Below are positions 17,921-26,886 of a stretch of 64,000 nucleotides of DNA, piece by piece. Under the pieces are notes generated by a model. The model had not been told where the DNA came from and searched no databases. It saw only the letters and a program-made list of their open reading frames with translations. The stretch comes from Desulfobacterales bacterium (lineage in GTDB: Bacteria > Desulfobacterota > Desulfobacteria > Desulfobacterales > JAHEIW01), in the NCBI GenBank assembly GCA_050116835.1, contig JASFNW010000002.1:6004-70003 (forward strand). Direction: 5' to 3'. The first letter of the stretch is position 1. Each line of letters begins with the position of its first letter. The position numbers were made by a program, and so were the translations under genes.

Positions 17921-19450
17921 TTATTCCCATTCAATGGTACTGGGCGGCTTGGAACTGATATCATAAACCACCCGATTTACACCATTAATTTCATTGATAA
18001 TCCGATTGGAAATTTTGCCGAGCAATTTGTGGGGCAGTTTAGCCCAATCGGCAGTCATGGCGTCCTTGCTCGTCACCGCCCGAATTGCTGTGATATATTC
18101 ATAGGTTCGTTCGTCACCCATAACGCCCACGCTTTTCAGAGGCAGCAGGACGGCAAAAGATTGCCATAATGTTTTATAATATCCGGCATCCTTGATCTCT
18201 TCAAGTAAAACATCATCCACTTCCCGCAATATGCGCAGGCGCTTGCGCGTAATCTCGCCCAGGACGCGAACAGCAAGTCCCGGTCCGGGGAAAGGCTGTC
18301 GCCAGATCAGATCGTCCGGCAGCCCCAACTCCCTGCCCAACAGGCGAACCTCGTCCTTGAATAGATAGCGCAGGGGTTCAATCAGCTTCAATTTCATTTT
18401 TTTTGGAAGCCCACCGACGTTATGGTGTGATTTTATAACCGACGTCGGGCCGCCAAATGCCGATACCGATTCAATCACATCCGGATACAAGGTTCCCTGG
18501 GCCAGAAAATCAGCATTTTTAATTTTTTTGGCTTCAGCTTCAAATACATCCATGAAAATTCGACCGATTATTTTGCGCTTCTTTTCCGGATCTGTGACGG
18601 TTTTCAAGGTCTTTAAAAATCGGCCTGCGGCATTGACAAATCGGATATTGATGTTCAAGTGCTGCTTAAAAGTTGTTTTTAGTTTGCTGGCCTCGTTTTT
18701 GCGCAAAAGGCCGTTGTCAACGAAAATGCATGTCAGCTGTTTATCGATGCTCTGATGGAGCAGCATTGCCGTTACTGAAGAATCCACGCCTCCGCTTAAA
18801 CCCAGAATGACCTTTTTGTCAGCAACCGTTTGGCGAATTTCCTGGATGGCTTCCTTGGCGAATGATTTCATCGACCAGGATTTTTTGCATCCACAAATGC
18901 CAAACAAAAAATTTTGCAGAATTTTTTTGCCCAACGGCGTATGGGCCACCTCGGGATGGAACTGGACACCGACCAGATGCTTTTTCCGATTGGCCGCAGC
19001 CGCTACGGCCGTATTTTCGGTGGAGCCCAATAGGGTAAAACCTTCGGGCAAGCGCTGAATGGAATCGCCATGGCTCATCCAGCATTGCGTCTTTTTGGGA
19101 AGGCCTTTGAAGACACCGCTTTGACGTTTTATGCGAAGTTCGGCAAAACCGTATTCCCGTCGCCCGGCCCGTCTGACCGTTCCCCCCAGCGCTGCCACCA
19201 TAAACTGCATGCCGTAACAGATACCCAGAATCGGTATGCCCATTTTGAATACAGCCGGGTGCATTTTAGGACTGTCCTTTTCATAGATGCTGGCAGGGCC
19301 GCCCGACAGGATGATACCCTCAGGATTCAGGCGCCTGATGGCATCGGTTTTGATGGACGGCGGTTCAATTACGCAATACACTTTATTCTCACGCACACGA
19401 CGGGCAATCAATTGATTGTATTGAGAACCAAAATCGATAATAAGTATCAT
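17921..19450 (-). CDS. guaA: GMP synthase (glutamine-hydrolysing)
   Basis: 509 aa with GATase and ATP-PPase motifs ([20 protein letters not shown]) and the canonical C-terminus (PPSTIEWE). Confidence 0.97.
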   Translation of the reverse strand: MILIIDFGSQYNQLIARRVRENKVYCVIEPPSIKTDAIRRLNPEGIILSGGPASIYEKDSPKMHPAVFKMGIPILGICYGMQFMVAALGGTVRRAGRREYGFAELRIKRQSGVFKGLPKKTQCWMSHGDSIQRLPEGFTLLGSTENTAVAAAANRKKHLVGVQFHPEVAHTPLGKKILQNFLFGICGCKKSWSMKSFAKEAIQEIRQTVADKKVILGLSGGVDSSVTAMLLHQSIDKQLTCIFVDNGLLRKNEASKLKTTFKQHLNINIRFVNAAGRFLKTLKTVTDPEKKRKIIGRIFMDVFEAEAKKIKNADFLAQGTLYPDVIESVSAFGGPTSVIKSHHNVGGLPKKMKLKLIEPLRYLFKDEVRLLGRELGLPDDLIWRQPFPGPGLAVRVLGEITRKRLRILREVDDVLLEEIKDAGYYKTLWQSFAVLLPLKSVGVMGDERTYEYITAIRAVTSKDAMTADWAKLPHKLLGKISNRIINEINGVNRVVYDISSKPPSTIEWE

Positions 19451-19595
19451 AGGGTTTATCGAAGTCCTTCAGCCTGTTGAAATGATATGATTTTTAATTT
19501 TGCTCTGAAATGAACGATTTTGCGGCCATTGGTTTGCGAATTCAGGGTGAATATGTTAGAGACGGCACTAAATGTCAACCATTTAACGTCTATGT

Positions 19596-19649
19596 TGAGC
19601 GTTTCAAATTTAAAAATGAGACTATTTTATCGATGGAATTCTATCGATT
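19596..19649. repeat. 54-nt intergenic repeat, copy 1
   Basis: TGAGCGTTTCAAATTTAAAAATGAGACTATTTTATCGATGGAATTCTATCGATT. Confidence 0.9.
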
Positions 19650-19796
19650 CAATTTTTTAAATATGAAACCCTGCGGGCTTGCCGATCTTGCCGCATCTAC
19701 TGTGTTAGATGCCGTTTCGCATAGTTTACTATAGCGAAACATCATCTGCCGTGTAGCTGCAGCAACCTCGACAAGCGCTCAACATAGAACTTGAAA

Positions 19797-19850
19797 TGAG
19801 CGTTTCAGATTTAAAAATGAGACTATTTTATCGATGGAATTCTATCGATT
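19797..19850. repeat. 54-nt intergenic repeat, copy 2 (53/54 identical to copy 1)
   Basis: Same sequence as copy 1 with one A-to-G change (CAGATTT versus CAAATTT). Confidence 0.9.
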
Positions 19851-19876
19851 ATTCTAAATGAATTCCGTACTGAAAT

Positions 19877-19895
19877 TGAGCGTTTCGACTATTTT
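19877..19895. repeat. truncated third copy of the intergenic repeat
   Basis: TGAGCGTTTC+GACTATTTT equals copies 1 and 2 with the internal 14 nt AAATTTAAAAATGA removed. Confidence 0.7.
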
Positions 19896-19910
19896 TCCAG
19901 CGGTTGGCCC

Positions 19911-20702
19911 GTGCAGCGATTAATAGTTCAGATATATGAAGTTCAGGCACCGACTGAGGCAGAACAACTGATCGATTTGGATGTAAACCATATCGGCAGC
20001 GTCATCCTCTCAGAAGAAAACTGGCAACAGCCAGCTATAAAAGAGACCATTCGAACCATCCGGTCATCCGCCGCCAAAAGCTGTTTGATACCCTTGTATC
20101 ACCGTCCGGATACAGTTTTGCGAACGCTGGAATATTATCAGCCCGATATCGTTCACTTTTGTGAGGCCCTGGTGGGACATGAGCGCTTATGGGATTTTTG
20201 TGATCAATTAATCAAACTACAGGCTACCGTTAAAAGCCATTTTCCGGAAGTTAACGTGATGCGATCCATACCGATTGCCCAAAGCGGTGGTAGCAATGCG
20301 GTTCCAACGTTGGATTTTGCAAAACGATTTGAATCCACCAGCGATTTTTTTTTGACCGATACGTTCCTGTCGGCGACATCCGGCAGCAACCAAAGCAGCC
20401 AGCCGGTGCAGGGTTTTGTCGGTATTACCGGTAAGACCTGTAATTGGAAAACAGCCCGAAAACTGGTCGAATCCTTCACTGTCCCGGTCATCCTGGCAGG
20501 TGGTATTTCCCCGCAAAATGCAGTGGACGGCATCAGACAGGTCCATCCGGCCGGGGTCGACAGCTGCACCCTGACCAATGCGCGCAATAAAAACGGCCAG
20601 CCGATCCGGTTTAAAAAAGATCTGGCTAAAGTCAAACAGCTGGTTGCAGCGGTCCGTGGTGCTGAAATGGCGATAGCGGGCCAGAGCGATGATATCGCTT
20701 GA
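19911..20702 (+). CDS. phosphoribosylanthranilate-isomerase-like TIM-barrel protein (tentative)
   Basis: 263 aa with a GTG start. The N-terminus (IVQIYEVQAPTEAEQLIDLDVNHIGSV) and C-terminus (VILAGGISPQNAVDGI...PAGVDSCT) resemble the PRAI (TrpF) family layout. Confidence 0.45.
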   Translation: MQRLIVQIYEVQAPTEAEQLIDLDVNHIGSVILSEENWQQPAIKETIRTIRSSAAKSCLIPLYHRPDTVLRTLEYYQPDIVHFCEALVGHERLWDFCDQLIKLQATVKSHFPEVNVMRSIPIAQSGGSNAVPTLDFAKRFESTSDFFLTDTFLSATSGSNQSSQPVQGFVGITGKTCNWKTARKLVESFTVPVILAGGISPQNAVDGIRQVHPAGVDSCTLTNARNKNGQPIRFKKDLAKVKQLVAAVRGAEMAIAGQSDDIA

Positions 20703-20753
20703 TATGAAGTTTATCTTTGAGGTAGCGTATAGTAGTGAAGGAGGTATATAGTA

Positions 20754-21317
20754 ATGCTCGAAAGCGGTGATTTGAGAAAGGGGCTAAAACTCGAATTGGA
20801 CGGAGAGCCCTATGTGGTTGTCCAGTTTGAATTCGTCAAGCCCGGTAAGGGACAGGCCCTGTACAAATGCAAGTTAAAAAACATGCTCACCGGCGTCCAA
20901 TTTGATAAAACTTTTCGATCCAGTGAAAAATTTAATTCTGCCGATCTGGAAGAGGTCGAAATGGAATACCTATACGCGGATGGGGATCGATTCTGTTTTA
21001 TGAACACGACCAACTACGAACAGGAATTTGTTACTGCAGAACAAATCGGTGACGCCAGAAATTTTCTAAAAGAGAACACCATCTGTAATGTTCTATTGTT
21101 CCAGAACCGTCCGATTGAAGTCACGCTGCCGTTTTTTATCGATTTGAAAGTCGATAAAACAGATCCCTGGGTAAAAGGCGACACCGCCTCGGGTGACTCC
21201 AAACCGGCAACCCTGGAGACCGGTCATGTCTTGAATGTGCCGCCGTTCATACAGGAAGGTGAATTGATTCGCATCGATACCCGCACCGGCCAATATGTCG
21301 AGCGTGTAAAAGACTAA
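20754..21317 (+). CDS. efp: elongation factor P
   Basis: 187 aa, GAAGGAGG RBS. LRKGLKLELDGEPYVVVQFEFVKPGKGQA is the EF-P signature, including the KPGKG loop. Confidence 0.95.
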   Translation: MLESGDLRKGLKLELDGEPYVVVQFEFVKPGKGQALYKCKLKNMLTGVQFDKTFRSSEKFNSADLEEVEMEYLYADGDRFCFMNTTNYEQEFVTAEQIGDARNFLKENTICNVLLFQNRPIEVTLPFFIDLKVDKTDPWVKGDTASGDSKPATLETGHVLNVPPFIQEGELIRIDTRTGQYVERVKD

Positions 21318-21364
21318 AAAAGGGGCAACCGTATGGATTCTGAATTCCACCGTTTCTCAAACAC

Positions 21365-24286
21365 ATGGCTTTAGAATCCAACATAAGCAAATTTTCGCAA
21401 TCGCTGTTGAATTCCAAAAAACTGGGTTCTCAGACAGTATATCACCAGACCCTGCCGGCTACAGCGGCCCAGTGGGCTGAACCGATCCGTCCGTGGCCGC
21501 CTGCGATCGAAACCATGATGGAAGCTGCCGGCATCAAACGATTATACCGGCATCAGGCACGAGCCATTGATCTTATCCGTGACGGCCGGCATGTGATGGT
21601 TGCCACTCCAACGGCCAGCGGTAAAACCCTGATTTACAACCTTCCGGTGTTGGAACGTTTTGCAGCAGATCCGGAAGCTACCGCTCTGTATATATTTCCC
21701 CTAAAGGCGCTGGCGCAAGATCAGTTGCAGACATTTGAAATGCTGGCCACCCACCTGGAATTTGCCAGGCCGTCGGCAGCTATTTATGATGGTGACACTT
21801 CCGCCTATCACCGCAAAAAAATCCGTCAGGCACCGCCGAATTTGATTATTACCACACCGGAGATGCTGCATCTGTCATTGATGGCCTTTCATCAAAAATG
21901 GGCTGCTTTTTGGTCGCGACTGCGAGTGGTGGTGGTCGATGAAGTCCATACCTATCGCGGTGTGATGGGCTCCCATCTGTCCCAGATTTTCAGAAGATTC
22001 CATCGCATTTCCCGACACTATGGCAGCACACCGACTTTTGTCTTCAGCTCGGCGACGCTAGCCAATCCGGCGCAGCTGATCAATCAACTCGCCGGCCTGA
22101 ACGTTGAGGTGGTGGATACCAGCAGTGCACCCCGGGGACGTCGGCATTTACTATTTCTTAATCCAACCCTTGGTCCGGCCCGCACGGCCATCCGGTTGCT
22201 TAAAATGGCCCTGGAACAGAATCTGAGGACCATCGTTTATACCCAATCCCGAAAACTGACCGAACTGATTGCTATGTGGGCCGGCGCTGAATCCGGCCAC
22301 TTTGCCGATCGGATCAGTGCTTATCGCGCCGGACTTCTTCCACAGGAACGACGGGAAATTGAAGCACGGTTGGCAAACGGCGATCTGCTGGCCGTCATTT
22401 CAACCAGTGCACTGGAGCTGGGAATCGATATCGGGGATCTGGATCTTTGTCTGCTGGTGGGCTATCCGGGATCAATCATTTCGACCTGGCAGCGGGGTGG
22501 GCGAGTGGGTCGAGGCGGTCAGGATTCAGCGTTGATCCTGATTGCCGGAGAAGATGCGCTCGATCAGTATTTTATGCGACATCCGCAGGATTTTGTCGAG
22601 CGCCCGCCGGAACCGGCTGTCGTCAATCCATATAATGCCCGGATCATGAAGCCGCATTTGATCTGTGCAGCGACAGAATTGCCCCTGGACATCGAAGAAC
22701 GCATGATCGCCGATGCGCCTGCAGCTGAAATCATAGCCAAACTTGAGCAGGACGGCCAGCTGCTGCGAAGTGCAGATGGGCGTACGATTTACGCGGGGCA
22801 CAGAGCGCCTCACCGAAAGATCAATTTGCGGGGAGCCGGAAATCCCTTTCAGATCATTGCGGCCGGGACCAACAGCCCCATCGGCGAAATTGACGAATAC
22901 CGGGCCTTCCGGGAAACCCACCCCGGAGCAGTATATCTTCACAAAGGGGATACCTTTGTGGTGAAAAGCCTGGATATCCCCCAGCGAAAGATTACCGTTT
23001 TCCAGGATCAGGTTGCGTATTATACGCGTGTGAGGAGCCATAAATTAACGGAGATCTTAAAGATTGAAGCATCAAAATATATATTAAACACAAATTTTTA
23101 TTATGGAAAAATTAAAGTAACAGATCAGGTAACTGATTATGAACGCCGGTGCATCCGAACCCATCGACGATTAAGCCAATACGCATTGAACCTGCCACCT
23201 CAACAGTTTGAAACCGAAGGATTCTGGTTTAGCATACCCGCTGCAATTCAGCATGCATGCGATGCAAAGGGTGTGGACTTGATGGGGGCGCTCCACGCTA
23301 TTGAGCACGCGGCCATTGGCATCTTTCCGCTGATGGTCATGGTGGATCACAAGGACATCGGTGGGATGTCCACCCATTATCATCCCCAAACGGACGGCGC
23401 TGTTATCTTTATTTATGACGGGATCCCCGACGGTGCCGGTTTGACCCGTGCGGCATTTGCAGACGCGCAGCACCTGCTACACTACACGGTTAAGGTTATT
23501 AAGTCCTGTCCTTGTGAATCCGGCTGCCCTTCCTGCGTTCACTCACCCCAGTGCGGCTCCGGTAACCGGCCGATGGATAAAGATGGAGCTGTTTTTATAT
23601 TGGAGCGTCTGGAGACCCGCGAAGCCACCAAAGGCCGTGTTCAAGCAACATTTGGCCGGCCGTCTTCAAAGGGGCAGACATCCCGCACGCCAGCAGACTT
23701 ACCGCCACGCAGACAAAATCAGTCTTCTCGTGATCTATTTTATGGGGTATTCGATCTGGAAACGCAGCGATCTGCCGCAGAAGTCGGCGGTTGGCAACAT
23801 GCCGACAGGATGGGCATCAGCTGCGGCGTGGTTTATGACGCGCGCAAAAAAACATTCCGCTCATATTTGGAAAATCAGACGGCAGACCTGATTTCTTCTC
23901 TTCGCCGTTTTGACCTGGTTGTCGGTTTTAATATCAAACGATTCGATTATCATGTTCTGAAGGGCTATTCATCGTTTGATTTTACGGTGCTGAACACTAT
24001 TGATATCCTCGAAGAAATTCACAACCACTTAGGATTCAGGCTTTCATTGGCCCATCTGGTTGAGCAGACGCTGAATACCAGTAAAACAGCAGATGGGCTC
24101 CAGGCTTTAAGGTGGTGGAAAAAGGGACGCATTAATGACATTATCGAATACTGTAAAATGGATGTTAAACTGACTCGTGACCTTTTCGAATTCGGCCGCC
24201 GGAAGGGCTACCTGATTTTCCGCAATCGCCGTCAGAAGAGGATCAGGATACCGGTCAACTGGCAAACAGAACGGTTCTTCAAATAG
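21365..24286 (+). CDS. YprA/MrfA-type DEAD/DEAH helicase with DUF1998 (4-Cys) domain fused to a C-terminal DEDD-type 3'-5' exonuclease domain
   Basis: 973 aa. Walker A is TPTASGKT, motif II is DEVH, and helicase-C is GRVGRGG. The DUF1998 region is HAIEHA...CPCESGCPSCVHSPQCGSGN. A Ser/Arg/Pro linker follows. The exonuclease motifs are FDLET, GFNIKRFD and YCKMD. Confidence 0.88.
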   Translation: MALESNISKFSQSLLNSKKLGSQTVYHQTLPATAAQWAEPIRPWPPAIETMMEAAGIKRLYRHQARAIDLIRDGRHVMVATPTASGKTLIYNLPVLERFAADPEATALYIFPLKALAQDQLQTFEMLATHLEFARPSAAIYDGDTSAYHRKKIRQAPPNLIITTPEMLHLSLMAFHQKWAAFWSRLRVVVVDEVHTYRGVMGSHLSQIFRRFHRISRHYGSTPTFVFSSATLANPAQLINQLAGLNVEVVDTSSAPRGRRHLLFLNPTLGPARTAIRLLKMALEQNLRTIVYTQSRKLTELIAMWAGAESGHFADRISAYRAGLLPQERREIEARLANGDLLAVISTSALELGIDIGDLDLCLLVGYPGSIISTWQRGGRVGRGGQDSALILIAGEDALDQYFMRHPQDFVERPPEPAVVNPYNARIMKPHLICAATELPLDIEERMIADAPAAEIIAKLEQDGQLLRSADGRTIYAGHRAPHRKINLRGAGNPFQIIAAGTNSPIGEIDEYRAFRETHPGAVYLHKGDTFVVKSLDIPQRKITVFQDQVAYYTRVRSHKLTEILKIEASKYILNTNFYYGKIKVTDQVTDYERRCIRTHRRLSQYALNLPPQQFETEGFWFSIPAAIQHACDAKGVDLMGALHAIEHAAIGIFPLMVMVDHKDIGGMSTHYHPQTDGAVIFIYDGIPDGAGLTRAAFADAQHLLHYTVKVIKSCPCESGCPSCVHSPQCGSGNRPMDKDGAVFILERLETREATKGRVQATFGRPSSKGQTSRTPADLPPRRQNQSSRDLFYGVFDLETQRSAAEVGGWQHADRMGISCGVVYDARKKTFRSYLENQTADLISSLRRFDLVVGFNIKRFDYHVLKGYSSFDFTVLNTIDILEEIHNHLGFRLSLAHLVEQTLNTSKTADGLQALRWWKKGRINDIIEYCKMDVKLTRDLFEFGRRKGYLIFRNRRQKRIRIPVNWQTERFFK
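23732..24283 (+). other. DEDD/RNase-H-fold exonuclease domain (YprB/MrfB-like) at the C-terminus of the helicase
   Basis: Residues 790-973. ExoI is F-D-L-E-T, ExoII is N-x-x-x-F-D and ExoIII is Y-x3-D (YCKMD). Confidence 0.7.
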
Positions 24287-24320
24287 AGATGAATAAATTT
24301 CAGTCGTGTGTGCTTGTCAT

Positions 24321-24348
24321 CTGGCTCTTGGCTCCTGGCTTCTGGCCA
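24321..24348 (+). repeat. TGGC heptad tract (4 units)
   Basis: CTGGCTC TTGGCTC CTGGCTT CTGGCCA. Confidence 0.85.
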
Positions 24349-24357
24349 GCAGCCAAG
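24327..24357. terminator. GC-rich hairpin in convergent spacer (no U-tract)
   Basis: CTTGGCTCCTGGC-ttctg-GCCAGCAGCCAAG gives 12 pairs with one mismatch. It overlaps the TGGC heptad tract at 24321-24348. Confidence 0.45.
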
Positions 24358-24380
24358 CACTGAACCGTTGAACCCAGAAC

Positions 24381-25229
24381 CTACTCGATATATCCAATTA
24401 GCTGCTCAAGGTCGGTGACAATGAGGTCTGCTGACTGATTGCGGCAGCGGGGGTCATCTTTTCTTAAGCGCAGCGAGCGTGCATCGCCGGCGAACAGAGC
24501 GGTCTGAAATCCATTTTGTTTGGCTGGATATATATCATTGAGCATGTCATTGCCAACAACCAGCGTTGAAGATCTGGCAATGCCTCTGGCCTCAATCGCA
24601 GCGGCAGCTGTCTCGAAGAGAACCGGTGACGGTTTGGCATAGCCTTCTTGATACGACAAAATGATCAGCTCGGGGCTAAACCCAAGCGTTGTCACATCGG
24701 CGCCCAAGAACCACTCGAATAAAAGTAGTGTAAAAAACTGCGCATTGGAAATAAGGCCCATGCGACAATTTTGCTGCCGGCAGGCCTTCAGCAGTTTTGC
24801 GAGATTGGGCATGGGATAAACCGGATTGACAATCAGCTCATATTCGATGGCGAAGTTACGCGCCTGCTCAATATCATTGCATGCCAGTATGCTTTGCCAG
24901 ATGATGTCAATTTCGACCTCAGGTATATCGATCCCGCTCTTTGATAACTGATGGTGGCGTGCCTCGATGGTGCGGTGCAGTTTTTCGATCAGTATCCGTG
25001 GATCGATATTGAGATCAAATTTAGAGATCAGCTGTTTCAGCTTTGAGATTTGGGGCGATGTTTGGCGGGCCATACCGATATCGCCAGCTTCGCTGATAAA
25101 TAGCGTGCCGTAAATATCAAAGAAGATACATTCAATTGCGCCTGCGGGCTGACCGGCGGGAGACAGACCTGTGGGCTGAGGTGACATGGGTGCCACATAC
25201 GATTTGATCAAATCATTGCGGATCATCAT
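24381..25229 (-). CDS. HAD-superfamily hydrolase/phosphatase
   Basis: 282 aa. Motif I-like FFDIYGTLF is present, followed by a cap region, then LISNAQ and VGNDMLNDI. It overlaps the upstream GT gene by 17 nt. Confidence 0.65.
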   Translation of the reverse strand: MMIRNDLIKSYVAPMSPQPTGLSPAGQPAGAIECIFFDIYGTLFISEAGDIGMARQTSPQISKLKQLISKFDLNIDPRILIEKLHRTIEARHHQLSKSGIDIPEVEIDIIWQSILACNDIEQARNFAIEYELIVNPVYPMPNLAKLLKACRQQNCRMGLISNAQFFTLLLFEWFLGADVTTLGFSPELIILSYQEGYAKPSPVLFETAAAAIEARGIARSSTLVVGNDMLNDIYPAKQNGFQTALFAGDARSLRLRKDDPRCRNQSADLIVTDLEQLIGYIE

Positions 25230-26625
25230 CTCCCCATTTCAACAGGCTGAATCGTTTCAGATCGAAAAATTCAGCCAGTAATTTTTTTTTGTCGATTCGT
25301 TGCTTTACAGGTGTTGTCGCCACTTGGGCATAAAGATTCAACAGCGTTTGGCGATACAGGTCCATATTATAGCTGCGCACGATAGCGTTGCGGTTTGTTT
25401 CAATGCGGTTTTTTTGATCCGTTCCATGGCTGACTTCCGAAAGCAGCGGATTGCGCGCTAACAGGTTTTGCAGATGTGTTTTGCTTGACATGAGATAGTG
25501 CAGAACCTGTTTCTGGTAGGGTTCTGCGAGCAAACCGAAATCAATGAAACCACCCTCGGTGATGGCCTCGAATGTTCTTCGTATTTGCATTGCATCAATT
25601 CGGAGATCAAATTCTCGGGCGCTATTCAAAATCATGCGATTCCATCGGCCATGAAATCCATTTGCATCAAATCCTTCAAGCGGCACCATCAGCCGGCTGT
25701 ACATGTGATCAAGATGAATTCCCCGAATTTCAAAGTCATTGCAGATATCATCCAGTTTTCGTCCGCTGACGAACTTATGATAAAGCCAGGGTTCCAGAAA
25801 AGAAAATCCAAAACCTTCTGTAATGCTGGTGGTCAGCACATAGCGGGCCGAACAGACAATGGTTTCAAACGGCGTATCCAACCCCTGATCGAATTCAACC
25901 GGCAGCTGGTGATCGACGCAAAACGCTTTCCAGGCCTCATAGCTTACCATATCGGCTGCGCTGTTTGGTGGCAGCGTAATGGACAACCTCTCCCGGGCAT
26001 CGAAATAAAGAGATAATAATATGGCTTCTCCGATATTTTTACGGCGAATCGCTCGGATCGGATAGACGACAAAGGATTTTTCTGCAACTGGTTCAGGCGG
26101 TAATTGCGGTAAACTCACGCAATTGAAGAGTTGATGCAGACCTTGTTTTTTCAATCCGCATTTAAGCAGAATCTTATAGTCACGCGAATTTACGACGCAG
26201 TAATGACAGTTAACCGGATAATCTTCGTGAAAATACAGGCGGGCGCGGCCATCTTCGGCGAAATCATGGACCTGCAGCAACAGGTTTAGGCCTTCTTGTT
26301 GCAACAGGTTCAAAAACCTTAAGAATTTTAAATTCTTTGCCAGCAGGGGATTATGAACATGGACAATATCACAGGGTCCGTTAAAGTGAGCCCTTATTTT
26401 CTGGATCACCGTTGCCGCGACCTTTTCGGGTGTATACGGCTTACGATAGACACTGCTGTAAGCCAGTTCCGGAATATAAATGGTTTCTGCCGGAAAATTG
26501 TTAGGCGGCGGCTCGCCGGTGATGACGCACATATCGCAATCGCTTTTGAGTGCCTTTAGCTGATGCTTTAGACAGGTGGTCACCCCGCCGGTCTTGAGAT
26601 GATAATGGATGAAGGCGATTTTCAT
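25213..26625 (-). CDS. GT4-like glycosyltransferase
   Basis: I prefer the start at MKIAFIHYHLKTGGVTT (ATG 26625). The ORF track starts at a TTG at 26646. The TEGFGFSFLEPW motif resembles the GT4 EX7E region. Confidence 0.55.
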   Translation of the reverse strand: MKIAFIHYHLKTGGVTTCLKHQLKALKSDCDMCVITGEPPPNNFPAETIYIPELAYSSVYRKPYTPEKVAATVIQKIRAHFNGPCDIVHVHNPLLAKNLKFLRFLNLLQQEGLNLLLQVHDFAEDGRARLYFHEDYPVNCHYCVVNSRDYKILLKCGLKKQGLHQLFNCVSLPQLPPEPVAEKSFVVYPIRAIRRKNIGEAILLSLYFDARERLSITLPPNSAADMVSYEAWKAFCVDHQLPVEFDQGLDTPFETIVCSARYVLTTSITEGFGFSFLEPWLYHKFVSGRKLDDICNDFEIRGIHLDHMYSRLMVPLEGFDANGFHGRWNRMILNSAREFDLRIDAMQIRRTFEAITEGGFIDFGLLAEPYQKQVLHYLMSSKTHLQNLLARNPLLSEVSHGTDQKNRIETNRNAIVRSYNMDLYRQTLLNLYAQVATTPVKQRIDKKKLLAEFFDLKRFSLLKWGDDDPQ

Positions 26626-26886
26626 TGAATTTTGGTAGGCAAACAAATCCTTTCCGGAATTGGGGTTGAAATAATTCGTCGATGTTTAAAATGGGTATCT
26701 CGAATATCACCGTCCGTCAAGCGGCGATCGGGGGAAAATGTTGGGTTCAACTGCGGGATCGCTGACAGCAGGCGAGCAACAATTGAAAAGACACAGAGGA
26801 TAACAACACTCAGAATAGGCGCACGACAATGACGGATTCACTTTGGGACGCGGATTCACCGGTTAAAAAATGCGCCGCAAAACGGC

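Noticed and set aside
19510-19734. Listed 74-aa plus-strand ORF in the guaA upstream spacer.
   Set aside because: It runs straight through repeat copy 1 and the hairpins, has no RBS, and is not reproduced across repeat copy 2. It is most likely non-coding.
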